Part shown: positions 18,428 through 29,037 of the stretch, piece after piece
Position numbering within the stretch: position 1 is the first letter of the stretch
Layout of the letters: each line of letters opens with the position of its first letter
DNA from: a virus
Virus record (IMG/VR): IMGVR_UViG_3300021364_001752
Span: 16,456-80,455 of that record
Reading direction: 5' to 3' (one strand)
Length of the DNA stretch: 64,000 bases
Notes under the pieces: generated by a model
The model's database searches: none
Told to the model about the DNA's origin: nothing
The model's input: the letters and a program-made list of their open reading frames with translations, nothing else
Program-made: the position numbers and the translations under genes

Positions 18428-19564
18428 ATGCGTCTCGAAGAAGACCTTAAACTAGACTACAAGGACGTCCTAATTCGTCCCAAGCGTAGCACTCTCAAAA
18501 GTCGTTCTGAAGTTAGTCTCGAACGTAAAACAAACTTTCGTAACTATGAACCAGACTTTGATATTGGAGACTACCATTACCGTGGTATTCCAATTATGGC
18601 AAGTAATATGGATGGTGTTGGCACATTTGAAATGGCTGACAAACTTGCCGAAGGCGATATATTCACCTGTCTAGTAAAGACCTATAGCGTAGAGGAACTA
18701 GTTGAATATTTCAATGGTCCTATTGAACGCACTGAATGTGTTGCAATGAGTATTGGCACAGGTGATAGTGATTATAATAAACTTATCCAAGTTAAGAAAG
18801 AATGTGATAACAAATTAAAATATGTTTGTATGGACATTGCAAATGGATACAGTGAACATTTTGCTGACCATGTAAGAAAGGTCCGCGAAGATTTTCCTGA
18901 TCTTGTGATTATTGCTGGTAATGTTGTCACTAGAGAAATGACGGAGGAATTGATTCTTGCTGGAGCCGACATTGTTAAAGTGGGCATTGGCCCTGGTAGT
19001 GTTTGCACTACTCGTATTCAAACTGGTGTGGGTTATCCACAACTTTCGGCTGTTATTGAGTGTGCTGATGCTGCTCATGGTCTCGGCGGTCACATTATTG
19101 CTGATGGCGGGTGTTCGACGCCTGGAGATGTCGCAAAAGCCTTTGCCGCAGGAGCCGACTTCGTCATGCTTGGAGGAATGCTTGCAGGACACGATGAAGG
19201 CGGAGGAGAATCCATTTTCAAATATGAAGGAACTGGTGAGTTCTATTTTATGAAAGAGGACGAAATTTACAAGCCGGTTATCAACAGAAAAGAATATCGT
19301 AAGTTTTACGGTATGAGTAGCGAAACAGCTAATGAAAAACATTTTGGCGGACTTAAAGACTATCGTTCGTCGGAAGGTCGCACAGTGCTTGTGCCATACA
19401 GAGGACCTGTAGCTAAAACAGTGCAGGAAATCATGGGTGGTGTGCGTAGCACCTGCACCTATACGGGTGCAAAGAAAATCAAGCAGTTGCCCAAGTGTGC
19501 AACTTTTATACGTTGTTCACAAACACATAATTCAGTGTATGAAGGAAGCACAATTGGTAAATAA
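18428..19564 (+). CDS. guaC: GMP reductase
   Basis: [48 protein letters not shown]. Confidence 0.95.
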   Translation: MRLEEDLKLDYKDVLIRPKRSTLKSRSEVSLERKTNFRNYEPDFDIGDYHYRGIPIMASNMDGVGTFEMADKLAEGDIFTCLVKTYSVEELVEYFNGPIERTECVAMSIGTGDSDYNKLIQVKKECDNKLKYVCMDIANGYSEHFADHVRKVREDFPDLVIIAGNVVTREMTEELILAGADIVKVGIGPGSVCTTRIQTGVGYPQLSAVIECADAAHGLGGHIIADGGCSTPGDVAKAFAAGADFVMLGGMLAGHDEGGGESIFKYEGTGEFYFMKEDEIYKPVINRKEYRKFYGMSSETANEKHFGGLKDYRSSEGRTVLVPYRGPVAKTVQEIMGGVRSTCTYTGAKKIKQLPKCATFIRCSQTHNSVYEGSTIGK

Positions 19565-19566
19565 AC

Positions 19567-19618
19567 ATGAGCGCCGAAAGGGCTCAACATATCTTGCTTA
19601 AAAAGGAGAAATGACATG
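19567..19618 (+). promoter_or_regulatory. ROSE-like RNA thermometer in the hsp20 5' UTR
   Basis: 5' hairpin TGAGC..GAAA..GCTCA, then TCTTGCTT-AAA-AAGGAGA pairing with the SD with a bulged G. Confidence 0.65.
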
Positions 19619-20062
19619 ACAAGATTAACAACTCTAGACTTACCTACATTCGCTCGTGCCACAATTGGCTTTGATAGAATGTTTGAGCAACTCGATAGAG
19701 AGTTTTCAAATTCAAAAAGCTCAGGATATCCTCCATACAATGTTGTCCAAGAAAACGACGATGAGTATACTATCTCATTGGCTATTGCTGGATTTTCTAT
19801 GAACGACCTTGACATCACTTTGGAGAAAAATGTCCTAACAATCGAAGGCACATCGCCCGAAGTTCCAGAAGGTAAAAATTACCTACATAAAGGCATTGGC
19901 AACAGAAACTTCCGTAGACAGTTTACACTAGCTGAACACATTGAAGTTGAAGATGCTGAACTAGAAAACGGTATGCTACATATCAATTTGGTGCGTAATG
20001 TGCCAGAAGCACAGAAGCCAAAGAAGATTAATATCCGTGAAGTTGGAATGATCGAAGGCTAA
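19616..20062 (+). CDS. Small heat-shock protein Hsp20
   Basis: GFDRMF, YPPYNV, AIAGF, YLHKGI..R.F.R.FTL, A.LENGML. Confidence 0.95.
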   Translation: MTRLTTLDLPTFARATIGFDRMFEQLDREFSNSKSSGYPPYNVVQENDDEYTISLAIAGFSMNDLDITLEKNVLTIEGTSPEVPEGKNYLHKGIGNRNFRRQFTLAEHIEVEDAELENGMLHINLVRNVPEAQKPKKINIREVGMIEG

Positions 20063-20070
20063 AAAGTCTA

Positions 20071-20092
20071 GGGGGAGTGAAATACCTCCCCC
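20071..20092 (+). terminator. GC-rich hairpin after hsp20
   Basis: GGGGGAG..CTCCCCC, weak U-tract. Confidence 0.55.
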
Positions 20093-20111
20093 AATTATAG
20101 GAGATGAATGA

Positions 20112-20417
20112 ATGAGTGTTGATACAGAAGTTGTATTAGACGAAAAAATTAAAATCAAACAGAAACAGCCAAAAAAATATAAAGTTGTTTTCCTAAACGA
20201 TGATACTACGCCTATGGAGTTTGTTGTAGGTGTGTTAATGGAAATATTCAAACACTCTGCCGCTACAGCAGAAAAAATTACAATGACTATACACAACGAA
20301 GGCAGTGGTGTCGTTGGTGTTTACAGTTACGAAATTGCAGAACAAAAAAGTATCGAAACTACACAAGCTGCAAGAAACAATGGTTTTCATTTACAGGTTA
20401 GATTAGAAGAAGAATGA
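20112..20417 (+). CDS. clpS: ClpS N-end-rule adaptor
   Basis: YKVVFLNDDTTPMEFVV, IHNEG, EIAEQK. Confidence 0.93.
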   Translation: MSVDTEVVLDEKIKIKQKQPKKYKVVFLNDDTTPMEFVVGVLMEIFKHSAATAEKITMTIHNEGSGVVGVYSYEIAEQKSIETTQAARNNGFHLQVRLEEE

Positions 20418-20950
20418 GCAAACTCAAAGAACTTACTTGGGCAAATCATCAAAAAGCAGAACGCACAGAACATGCCCGTAAACTGCTAAAAGGAATGACT
20501 CCTGAAGAGTATCACAGATACATTTATAATCAATATGTGCAATACGCAGTTTTAGAAAGTAGAGCAAAAGATGTTTCTGCTCTTGCTGGTATAGAAACTA
20601 TATGTAGAGCAAAAAATATATTAGAAGACTTGGAAGAATTAGAATCAGAATTTGATATTCAACGCAATGTCGACTTGCTTTGTCCGGTGGTTGCTCAATA
20701 TACAGGACATGTAATGAGTCTAACTGAAATTGATGACTTGCTTGCACACATTTACGTAAGACATTTTGGTGATATGTATGGCGGACAAATGATCAACAAA
20801 CGCAACCCCGGCTCGGGTAAAATGTATGAGTTTGAAGATGTAGAAGGTTTGAAACTTACGGTAAGAGCAAGGCTAAAAGACTCAATGGCAGACGAAGCCA
20901 ATCGCTGCTTCGAGTTTGCAATGCAATTATTCGAAGAACTTGATGGTTAA
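20414..20950 (+). CDS. Heme oxygenase (phage HemO-like)
   Basis: LKELT..HQKAE, AHIYVRHFGDMYGGQ, EANRCFEF. Confidence 0.9.
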   Translation: MSKLKELTWANHQKAERTEHARKLLKGMTPEEYHRYIYNQYVQYAVLESRAKDVSALAGIETICRAKNILEDLEELESEFDIQRNVDLLCPVVAQYTGHVMSLTEIDDLLAHIYVRHFGDMYGGQMINKRNPGSGKMYEFEDVEGLKLTVRARLKDSMADEANRCFEFAMQLFEELDG

Positions 20951-21641
20951 AACTGTATATTCAATAGGGTGCAGTCATACTAATGGCTGCATGATTGACG
21001 GTATAAACGGAACAAGTAAAGTTAATAAACAAAATAGCTTTGCAGGACAAATTGCAAAAAGGCTTAAAGCAACACATTATAATCTGTCTTTAAACGGCGC
21101 AAGTAACCAGTATATATTTCGCATAGCTAACCAAGTTGTAGCGCAGGTCACTGACTCTGATGACACATTGTTTATAATAGGGTGGACTAGTCCTACTAGA
21201 TTAGAGTTAAGAGAAGATAATAAAATTTTTCCAGGCCATCCTGAGGGATATGACAATAACTATATTCCTTTTAGTGTTGGGGCTAATAAAGACAACTTTT
21301 CTAAAGAGTATAAAAGGCTATTAAATGATGCACCTGCATTGTGTAATATAACAATGTTAATTGATCACTGGACTTGCTACATCATTGCACTTCAAAATTT
21401 ATTTGCACAGCATAAAATAAGATATATAATGTGTAATACAATGCAGCCCATTGAGCAAACAAGCAATAATAGTGACATGATTAAAATGATAGATACATCA
21501 AATTATTATAAACCTTTTGATGTTGATGAAAGTTTTTATAATTGGGCAAACCTTAATTATGAAAGAACACCATGTCATCACTTCCCCTTAAAAGCACATA
21601 AAGATTTTGCTGTAAAAATTATGAAAGAGATGAAATTATGA
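20943..21641 (+). CDS. SGNH-like hypothetical protein; paralog of 61456-62181
   Basis: GCSHT.G, NLSLNGASN, IGWTS..R.E, HHF..AH. Confidence 0.65.
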   Translation: MVKTVYSIGCSHTNGCMIDGINGTSKVNKQNSFAGQIAKRLKATHYNLSLNGASNQYIFRIANQVVAQVTDSDDTLFIIGWTSPTRLELREDNKIFPGHPEGYDNNYIPFSVGANKDNFSKEYKRLLNDAPALCNITMLIDHWTCYIIALQNLFAQHKIRYIMCNTMQPIEQTSNNSDMIKMIDTSNYYKPFDVDESFYNWANLNYERTPCHHFPLKAHKDFAVKIMKEMKL

Positions 21642-22324
21642 GTGAAGTTTGGAATACACTGATTAAAATTCAAGATAGACTAATTGAACGTTTTGATGAT
21701 ACTGGCAAAGAAATAGAAGAACCAGGAATGAATAGATTCAATCAACCAGGCTGGATTAATAGAGTTTGGAGCAGTGAAGCCTATCGTCGAGCTCACGTAG
21801 ATGTTGTCGATGCAAGAGACACTAAAGGTCTATGGATGATGCATTGTTGTGTGTTTCCACACTTGCACAACGATGGTCCTATCTTTGGATTAGATGTTAT
21901 TGCAGGTAAAAATAAAATTACAGGTTACTTTCATGATTACTCACCGACTAGCAATCCTGCAAATGAAATGATTGAGGCGTTTGGAGATGAAGTTGCAAAA
22001 CTAGAATGGCGCAAACCTCGCGAGCTACCAGATTGGGCCAAAGCAATATTTACAGAACATATGGTAGCAGCAGGAAATGTTAACAGCGAAGAAGAATTAC
22101 AGCAGTTGCTTGATCTTAGTTTTGAAAGCATAGATAACTATCTAGAATACATTAGTGCATACAATAACGTAGCCAACGAGCAAGCAGGTAAAGATGCACA
22201 AAATCGCTATGCTCATTATCAAAAACAAAATCCGCATACGCCACGCACAATGACCAGTTTAGGACTTGATGAAGAAGATGTGCAAGTATTTGTGCAGGAG
22301 TGTCTTTTTCCCGACATTGAATAA
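21638..22324 (+). CDS. Ferredoxin-dependent bilin reductase (PcyA/PcyX-type)
   Basis: RRAHVD, MMHCCVFP, PIFGLD, RELPDWAKAIF, QKQNPHTPRTM. Confidence 0.88.
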   Translation: MSEVWNTLIKIQDRLIERFDDTGKEIEEPGMNRFNQPGWINRVWSSEAYRRAHVDVVDARDTKGLWMMHCCVFPHLHNDGPIFGLDVIAGKNKITGYFHDYSPTSNPANEMIEAFGDEVAKLEWRKPRELPDWAKAIFTEHMVAAGNVNSEEELQQLLDLSFESIDNYLEYISAYNNVANEQAGKDAQNRYAHYQKQNPHTPRTMTSLGLDEEDVQVFVQECLFPDIE

Positions 22325-23349
22325 TGCCACAATGCAAAGCTCTAACAAACCAACTTCATATTAATGTAGACGGGGAATATAAGCCCTGTTGTGCCTATAG
22401 TGGTGATACAGGTTACAAGGTAGCTAACACCGATCATAAAGATTTTTTGTCCAGCCCGTTGATGCAAACCATTAAGCAAGAAATGGAACAAGGATGGCAT
22501 GACGGGTGTCTTGGGTGCAAACACGCAGAAGAAAGTGGACAAATGAGTGCTCGCAATGCATTTAATATGTGGTGCAAACAGCAACCTGGTGTGTTAGAAT
22601 ATCTTGATATAAGTTTAAGCAATCAATGCAATCTAGCCTGTAGAATGTGCAATGAGATAAGCAGTAGTCGTTGGGAAAAATTATTAGACTGTAAAACTGC
22701 TCCTAAAAATAATTTAGATAGCATAATAAAAGACCTAGATTTAAATCTATTAAATCACATAAAGTATCAAGGCGGCGAGCCTTTTATAACTCCTGAAATA
22801 ATAGATGTGTTAAAATTAGTTGCTTCGCAAAAAACTTTCTTTACATTCAGCACCAACTTGACGCTGTATCCTAAAAAGTATGAAAGCCTACTAATGCAAG
22901 CCAAAGGAATATATGCAAACTTTAGTTTGGACGGATACAAGCATGTAAACAATTATATAAGAAGTTGTGCTTGGGATACTATAGATTCTAATCTAGATCG
23001 TTGGCTTAAATTTTTTAAAAAATACAATATCAAAGGTATGCAAAATGTTAGCACAGTGGTTCAAGCTCTAAATTTTCACGACCTTCAAAATATAAAAAAT
23101 TATGTAAACGGAAAAAATATAATTTGGATAGCACAAGAAATAGTAGATCCTGATTATATGAGTATAAATGCTTTACCTGAATCTTATATAGAGCAAGTTA
23201 TAGACGATGTAAATTCAAAATTTTTACACTCATACAAATTTGATCAACAACTTTTTAAAGATTTTAAACAAAACATTTTGGCACAAGATAAGTTGTTAGG
23301 CACAACATTGCAAACAGTAAATCCGTTGCTGTATTCTTATTTAGAATAA
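22324..23349 (+). CDS. Radical SAM protein with N-terminal SPASM/twitch domain
   Basis: PCC..C..C, CNLACRMC, GGEPF, TN. Confidence 0.88.
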   Translation: MPQCKALTNQLHINVDGEYKPCCAYSGDTGYKVANTDHKDFLSSPLMQTIKQEMEQGWHDGCLGCKHAEESGQMSARNAFNMWCKQQPGVLEYLDISLSNQCNLACRMCNEISSSRWEKLLDCKTAPKNNLDSIIKDLDLNLLNHIKYQGGEPFITPEIIDVLKLVASQKTFFTFSTNLTLYPKKYESLLMQAKGIYANFSLDGYKHVNNYIRSCAWDTIDSNLDRWLKFFKKYNIKGMQNVSTVVQALNFHDLQNIKNYVNGKNIIWIAQEIVDPDYMSINALPESYIEQVIDDVNSKFLHSYKFDQQLFKDFKQNILAQDKLLGTTLQTVNPLLYSYLE

Positions 23350-23356
23350 ATACTGT

Positions 23357-24139
23357 ATGCGTTATAAAGAAGTTATACCAGAACAAGATAGAATCGTGTC
23401 TGTCGGCGGCGACAAATTGCTATATCATTCAACCAGCTATGCGCATGCCGCTGCCATACTAAGCGATGATGGATTCAAGCCCGGAGTATCAGATGGCGGG
23501 CAACCTGTAAAAAAGGACAGTTTTATCAGTTTTAGTAGAACACCCGGAAACACATATGCAGGGTCATCTATGACTGTTACATTTGAAATTGATGAAGAAA
23601 AATTACAAAGACATTTGAATAGCCAGGCAAGAAAATTTGACATGGAGCCGCATAGATTTGCAAGATTTTATCACGGAGAGCGTGAAACAAGATTGAACCT
23701 AGGCGGTGCTGACAAAATTACAAACTTAAAAAAATTTGTAAGAGCAATTCATGTATGGCCTGTCAAAGATATACAAGATGTAGCATCATGGGAAATTGAA
23801 GCAGACAAAATGCCTGCTATGGTAGGAGGTTTAGACAGTGATCCTAATCGTGTTGATCCAGCTGATCCTAATGCTAGAACACCCAAAGGCGAAGCACAAT
23901 ATAGAAAAATAGTTACAGGCCATGCAAAAACAGAAGCAGAACCGTTGGATGTGATGCTTAAACTTGCAAAACAAAAAGGCATACGCACTCATATCTATTT
24001 AGACAGAACAGACTTTTTGTCTAAGCGCATAGACCGTAGTGCAAGGGTAACAAATAGGCCTGCAATTTTTCCAATTGTTAAGGCATTACTACAGCGCAAA
24101 TTTGTAAAAGCAGCAAGGTTAATAGGCGGAGATAAATAG
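23357..24139 (+). CDS. Putative ADP-ribosyltransferase-like virion protein
   Basis: LYHSTS, ISFSR, ERE (H-S-E pattern); leader MRYKEVIPE; late promoter. Confidence 0.45.
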   Translation: MRYKEVIPEQDRIVSVGGDKLLYHSTSYAHAAAILSDDGFKPGVSDGGQPVKKDSFISFSRTPGNTYAGSSMTVTFEIDEEKLQRHLNSQARKFDMEPHRFARFYHGERETRLNLGGADKITNLKKFVRAIHVWPVKDIQDVASWEIEADKMPAMVGGLDSDPNRVDPADPNARTPKGEAQYRKIVTGHAKTEAEPLDVMLKLAKQKGIRTHIYLDRTDFLSKRIDRSARVTNRPAIFPIVKALLQRKFVKAARLIGGDK

Positions 24140-24142
24140 TAT

Positions 24143-25240
24143 ATGCGTTACAATGATTTTAAATTAGTTGAATATGTAGATCCAGAAGAAGCCAAGCGTG
24201 AAATCTTGACAAAAGTTCAACAACTAGATGTAAATACAGAAGAAAACCAAGCTCTGCTTGACAGAGTTTACAGCATTGTGCATCAGACAGGTGTTACTGA
24301 TAGACTTATGCCCAGCCTAGAAGGTGCTCTTAAAGACGAGTATAACGATGCTGCAATCAAAATGATAGCAGAAAAAATTGTAATAGCAAATAGTTTAAAT
24401 TTAGCGCAAAAGAAAAAATTCTTACAAAACTTAGAAAATAACAAGTGTGTAAATCACAAGTTATTTCTTCAAAATGGCCATTTCAATTTAGACGAATTGT
24501 TCTACAACGACCCTATTAACAAACAGATGTTTTTAGAATTTATAAACTTTGGTGCTGGCCAAAAACGTGCAGGTAAAGGTGAACATGCATTTGCTATTCT
24601 AAGTCAGAATATTACACAAAAAGGCTTAGGCGATCTTGATGTTGATGGTGCACCAGTTGAGTTAAAAGTTGCAACTACAAAAGGTAGCGGTAGACTAGGC
24701 GAAGGCGGAGTTAACCCAGAAAAAGCAAGACAAATAATTGCACAATTTGAAGAACTAACGGATGCACTAAATGGATACTCCAAAGGTGGACACCAAGGTG
24801 ATAGTGAATTTATTAAAAGTCGCGGCACTCCAGACAAACCACAAAAAAGTGTAAACCTAGTAGACTTTACTCGTATATGTAATGCATTGAGATTAGACGA
24901 GCAGCGCAGACAAGCCATAGGCAAAGCAGTATTCAATGATAGGTTTGGAAAGTTTGGCGATACTATTACAGCAGTATTCCAAAAACCTGGTGCAGCACCA
25001 ACAGCAGTGCTTGATGCTTATATTGAAGCAAACTTTGAATTCTACAAAGCAAGTGAAGGTGGCGGCGCATGGCAAACATTAACTAGTATTGCATTAGGAT
25101 CAAACAGTGGTGTGACAGCTGATACTGGCAAAGCATTAGCTCAACTTTTTGCAGATGGCGCTCTTGCTAGCAGTATTCCTGCTGTAATTCCTACACAAGA
25201 TCCTGAAGTTTTCTATCAAGTTAACCCAGCCGTAAAGTAA
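24143..25240 (+). CDS. Putative PD-(D/E)xK nuclease-fold virion protein
   Basis: GKGE..GDLDVDGAPVELK; leader MRYNDFKLVE; late promoter. Confidence 0.5.
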   Translation: MRYNDFKLVEYVDPEEAKREILTKVQQLDVNTEENQALLDRVYSIVHQTGVTDRLMPSLEGALKDEYNDAAIKMIAEKIVIANSLNLAQKKKFLQNLENNKCVNHKLFLQNGHFNLDELFYNDPINKQMFLEFINFGAGQKRAGKGEHAFAILSQNITQKGLGDLDVDGAPVELKVATTKGSGRLGEGGVNPEKARQIIAQFEELTDALNGYSKGGHQGDSEFIKSRGTPDKPQKSVNLVDFTRICNALRLDEQRRQAIGKAVFNDRFGKFGDTITAVFQKPGAAPTAVLDAYIEANFEFYKASEGGGAWQTLTSIALGSNSGVTADTGKALAQLFADGALASSIPAVIPTQDPEVFYQVNPAVK

Positions 25241-25287
25241 GCAGTTATAAAAGAACTGTTTCGATAAATATACATGGAGGGCCATGT

Positions 25288-25770
25288 ATGAAAAGAATAG
25301 CGAACATCGCCATGTTGCTGCCTATGTTTGTGTCACTGTCAGTGTCACATGCAGGAGCAGATCTAGTTCATCAGTTTAAAAATCCCAGTTTTAGTGGTAT
25401 TGGGTATAGCACCCATGTTTTGAGTTTAGAACAATTACAATTTAACAGAACAGAGGACATTGCAAAGGCAGCTGAAGCAGAAGAGCGTAGGCTAGAGCGC
25501 GAGCTAGAAAATTCAACATTAAACAAATTTATTAAAAATGTAGAGTCTCGCATATATGCAACATTGAGCAAGCAAATGGTAGACGCTATGTTTGAATCAT
25601 GCACTGATGACACTGGGCTTACCTGTCCTACAAGCGGAACTACTGAAATTGAGGATAGCACCATTACTTGGAGCAAAGATACAACCACAGGAGAAATTAC
25701 AATTGTTGTTGATGGTCCTGACGGTTATACTGAAATCAGCATACCGGGATCAGGGGAGTTTGCCTTTTGA
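25288..25770 (+). CDS. csgF: Curli assembly protein CsgF-like
   Basis: Signal peptide, LVHQFKNPSFSG, F...VESRIYATLS. Confidence 0.88.
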   Translation: MKRIANIAMLLPMFVSLSVSHAGADLVHQFKNPSFSGIGYSTHVLSLEQLQFNRTEDIAKAAEAEERRLERELENSTLNKFIKNVESRIYATLSKQMVDAMFESCTDDTGLTCPTSGTTEIEDSTITWSKDTTTGEITIVVDGPDGYTEISIPGSGEFAF

Positions 25771-26546
25771 AGTATTTAATGATACTTGGAATTTTATTTT
25801 TAACAGGTTGCACGGTGCCACAAAGCGTTCAAGAAGCAATGGATAGCGAACCTGAAGTCCAAGTAAATCCTATGCAAGCTGAGTTGAGAGCACTACCTGG
25901 ACCAGATGGCGATCCAGTGCCAATAGGTGTTTACAGTTTTTCAGACAAAACTGGACAGCGTAAGCCTGCTGACAGTGTAGCAAATCTAAGTTCAGCTGTT
26001 ACACAAGGCGCAGAAGTATGGCTTATTGATGCACTACTGGAGGCAGGCGAAGGCGAATGGTTTAATGTTGTCGAGCGTGTTAGTTTAGACAACATTATAA
26101 GAGAAAGACAACTTATACGAAGCACAAGGGAAAATTATGATGATCCAAGTCCTTTAGAGCCAATGCTCTTCGCAGGAGTGGTTTTAGAAGGCGGAATTAT
26201 AGGATATGACAGCAACCAGACCACAGGAGGGTATGGTGCAAGATATTTTGGAATAGGCGCTGCTACTGAATACAGAGTAGATACTGTGACAGTTGGCATG
26301 CGTTTAGTGAGCGTTGGCACTGGAAGAGTGTTAATGAGCGTGGCAGCAGAGAAGACTATAGCTAGCCATAGGAGTGGGGCAGATGTTTTTAAGTTCTTAG
26401 ACATGAGCACCAAGGCACTGGAAATAGAGAGCGGATACAGTGTCAATGAGCCTACCAATTATGCTGTGAGGGCAGCAATAGAGGCAGGAGTAATAGAACT
26501 AATTTATGAAGGAAATCGAAAAGGTTTTTGGACATTTAAACAATGA
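25767..26546 (+). CDS. csgG: Curli secretion channel CsgG lipoprotein
   Basis: Lipobox FLTGC, VYSFSDKTGQRKP, SSAVTQG, VVER..ERQLIR, GGIIGYD. Confidence 0.95.
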   Translation: MKYLMILGILFLTGCTVPQSVQEAMDSEPEVQVNPMQAELRALPGPDGDPVPIGVYSFSDKTGQRKPADSVANLSSAVTQGAEVWLIDALLEAGEGEWFNVVERVSLDNIIRERQLIRSTRENYDDPSPLEPMLFAGVVLEGGIIGYDSNQTTGGYGARYFGIGAATEYRVDTVTVGMRLVSVGTGRVLMSVAAEKTIASHRSGADVFKFLDMSTKALEIESGYSVNEPTNYAVRAAIEAGVIELIYEGNRKGFWTFKQ

Positions 26547-26558
26547 GGGCAACGATAA

Positions 26559-27266
26559 ATGAAAAAAATAATATATGCCGCCTTATTTGGTCTTATTAGT
26601 TCGGTTGCATTAGCAAATGAAATTTATATCAGTCAAATAGGTGACACATTAGACTTAGACATTACCCAAAGCGGTGATAACAACAAAATAGGAACCAGTT
26701 TAGCCGATATGGTTATTCAAGGTGACGACATGACATTCAGTATTACACAAACTGGAGATAGCAATACGATTGATGCAACTATAAAAGGAGCCAATTATAC
26801 AGGCACATGGGATTTTACAGGAAGCAATAACGATGTTGATCTTTTATGTAGTTCAACTACCGCAGGCAATTGTGATACTGTAACCCTTAACATAGATACC
26901 ACTGGCGGATACAACAATTTCACATTTGCTATTGGCGAAACCGCTTCGGCTGACAGCAGTATTATTAACTTTACTGTGACAGGGGATAGTCAAGTATTTG
27001 ATGTTACTGTAGATGGCGAAGCAATTGATGTAACAGTTGTAATTGATGATGGCACAAGCGGTCTTACAAACACAGCGGGCAACACTAACAATTTAACAAT
27101 TGATACAAGTGGCAATGGCGGAACCAACGGTAACACAGTTGACTTGAACATTACAGGTTCGGGTGGGACATACAACGTTACACAAACAGGAACGCTAATT
27201 GATCAGACCATTGATGCAACATTCAGTGGCGATGACGCAACAGTTGATATCACACAGAGCGACTGA
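26559..27266 (+). CDS. Curlin-repeat protein
   Basis: Signal peptide, ANEIYISQIG, repeated I.Q.G..N. Confidence 0.8.
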   Translation: MKKIIYAALFGLISSVALANEIYISQIGDTLDLDITQSGDNNKIGTSLADMVIQGDDMTFSITQTGDSNTIDATIKGANYTGTWDFTGSNNDVDLLCSSTTAGNCDTVTLNIDTTGGYNNFTFAIGETASADSSIINFTVTGDSQVFDVTVDGEAIDVTVVIDDGTSGLTNTAGNTNNLTIDTSGNGGTNGNTVDLNITGSGGTYNVTQTGTLIDQTIDATFSGDDATVDITQSD

Positions 27267-28357
27267 TGTGGAGATTGTTATTTGTGCTGCTGTTTTTTGC
27301 CAGCAGTGCTATAGCTCAAATAGGCGAAATCGCTGACATAGAAGGCAGCGGCATTGTTAAGCGTGACAGTGAAAAGATAAAAGGTGAACTGGGCATTGGT
27401 GTTCAAATGGCCGACAAAATTATTACGGCCAAAGGACGTATGCAATTACACTTCTCTGACGAAACTCGTGTAGACGTAACTGAGCATAGTGCAATGGTGA
27501 TCGATGAGTTTATATATGATCCTGCACAAGGCACAGGTGCATTAAAAATGCGAGCTACATTGGGTGCAGTAAGATATGCCAGCGGACAGATAGCCAAAAC
27601 CAGCAGACAAAGAGTTAGTATCAGAACACCTAGTGCAACTATCGGTGTTCGCGGCACAGACTTTATAATGATTGTTGATGAAATAGGCGGCAGCATGGTT
27701 ACCCTCTTACCTAGCTGTGATGACAGAGGCTTTTGTATGGTTGGTGAAATTACTGTAGAGAGCGATGCAGGTATTGTAATAATGAATCAAGCCTATCAAA
27801 CAACAATAGTTAAACACAGTGCTGCTCCTCCTGCGCCACCTAAGATATTAGACTTACCAGACGATCTTTTACGTGCAATGTTGATAGTAAGAAAGACTTC
27901 TCCTTACGATGAAATTAATGAAGAGGCTGTAGCTGCAACAGATATTTTAAAATTTGATTTTCTAGCATTTGATGGTTTAGATGAGGATTTACTTAATGCA
28001 GATGAGCTATGGGTAACTGATTTAGACAATGAATCTTATTTAAACCAAATGTTTGTAGATCAGTTAACCCAGGCACTGAAAGAATTGTTCGCATTACTTA
28101 CAAGTCTATTGGATTTACAAGCAGAAGAATTTATGCGTATACAAGTATTTGGATACGATCCCGAAACTGGTATAACCTTAGAAGACCAGCCACCAAATTA
28201 TGTATTCACACGAACAGAAAATACACACCATGTGAGATTAACATTGAATGAAAATTATGGTTATAATATTGATTTAATTCAAAACGATTTTTCAATATTT
28301 GATTACAGTATAGGAGTAGGAGCAAATGACATTTACATCAATCAGCAAGAAAATTAA
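27266..28357 (+). CDS. FecR-domain periplasmic protein
   Basis: D.I.T..G, F.D.T, IRTPSATIGVRGTDF. Confidence 0.88.
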   Translation: MWRLLFVLLFFASSAIAQIGEIADIEGSGIVKRDSEKIKGELGIGVQMADKIITAKGRMQLHFSDETRVDVTEHSAMVIDEFIYDPAQGTGALKMRATLGAVRYASGQIAKTSRQRVSIRTPSATIGVRGTDFIMIVDEIGGSMVTLLPSCDDRGFCMVGEITVESDAGIVIMNQAYQTTIVKHSAAPPAPPKILDLPDDLLRAMLIVRKTSPYDEINEEAVAATDILKFDFLAFDGLDEDLLNADELWVTDLDNESYLNQMFVDQLTQALKELFALLTSLLDLQAEEFMRIQVFGYDPETGITLEDQPPNYVFTRTENTHHVRLTLNENYGYNIDLIQNDFSIFDYSIGVGANDIYINQQEN

Positions 28358-29018
28358 ATTGCTGGTATTATTTGCAGCATTTCCTGCCCATGCTAACGAA
28401 ATTTATATTACGCAAACCGGTGATAGCCTTGCCTTGCGTGTTGAGCAGCGAAGTGCAGACAATTATGTCAATCTAAGCAGCACTGGTAATACAAACGACA
28501 TAAGCATTACACAAGGCATGCATTACGATGGCTCTACATATTGGGTAGACACAGACGAGACTGGTGGACACGAAGCATACTGGACCATTACTGGTGCAAA
28601 CAATACCGTGTGGAGTAGTCAAACAGATGTCAACAGAGGTGGTGGTGGAGGATCTCCGCACCATTTGGCAAACATAGTAAATGGAGATTACAATACAATT
28701 GCACATACACAAATGGGAAAAGCAGGACACGATGGCTTTGTAGAAATACAAGGTGACAACAATGATGTTACACTTTATCAGAGAGGTAATGGTGGTGCAA
28801 AGTGGGCAGATGTTGTGCTCAACGGTGATGGACATAGTGTAGACGTTAACCAAAGAGGAAGCCAAAGTGCTAATGCTACTGTAGATTTAACCAATAGTGG
28901 CGGTGCATATGATTTTATACTCACACAGAATGTTACTACTAGTGCTGATACATATAGTATAACTGGCATTTGCACAAACAGTGCAGGTTGCGCATTGTCT
29001 GTTGATCGCAACAACTAA
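28326..29018 (+). CDS. Second curlin-repeat protein
   Basis: ANEIYITQTG, Q.G repeats, terminal Cys pair. Confidence 0.75.
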   Translation: MTFTSISKKIKLLVLFAAFPAHANEIYITQTGDSLALRVEQRSADNYVNLSSTGNTNDISITQGMHYDGSTYWVDTDETGGHEAYWTITGANNTVWSSQTDVNRGGGGGSPHHLANIVNGDYNTIAHTQMGKAGHDGFVEIQGDNNDVTLYQRGNGGAKWADVVLNGDGHSVDVNQRGSQSANATVDLTNSGGAYDFILTQNVTTSADTYSITGICTNSAGCALSVDRNN

Positions 29019-29037
29019 ATATATGTGAGGGCATACA

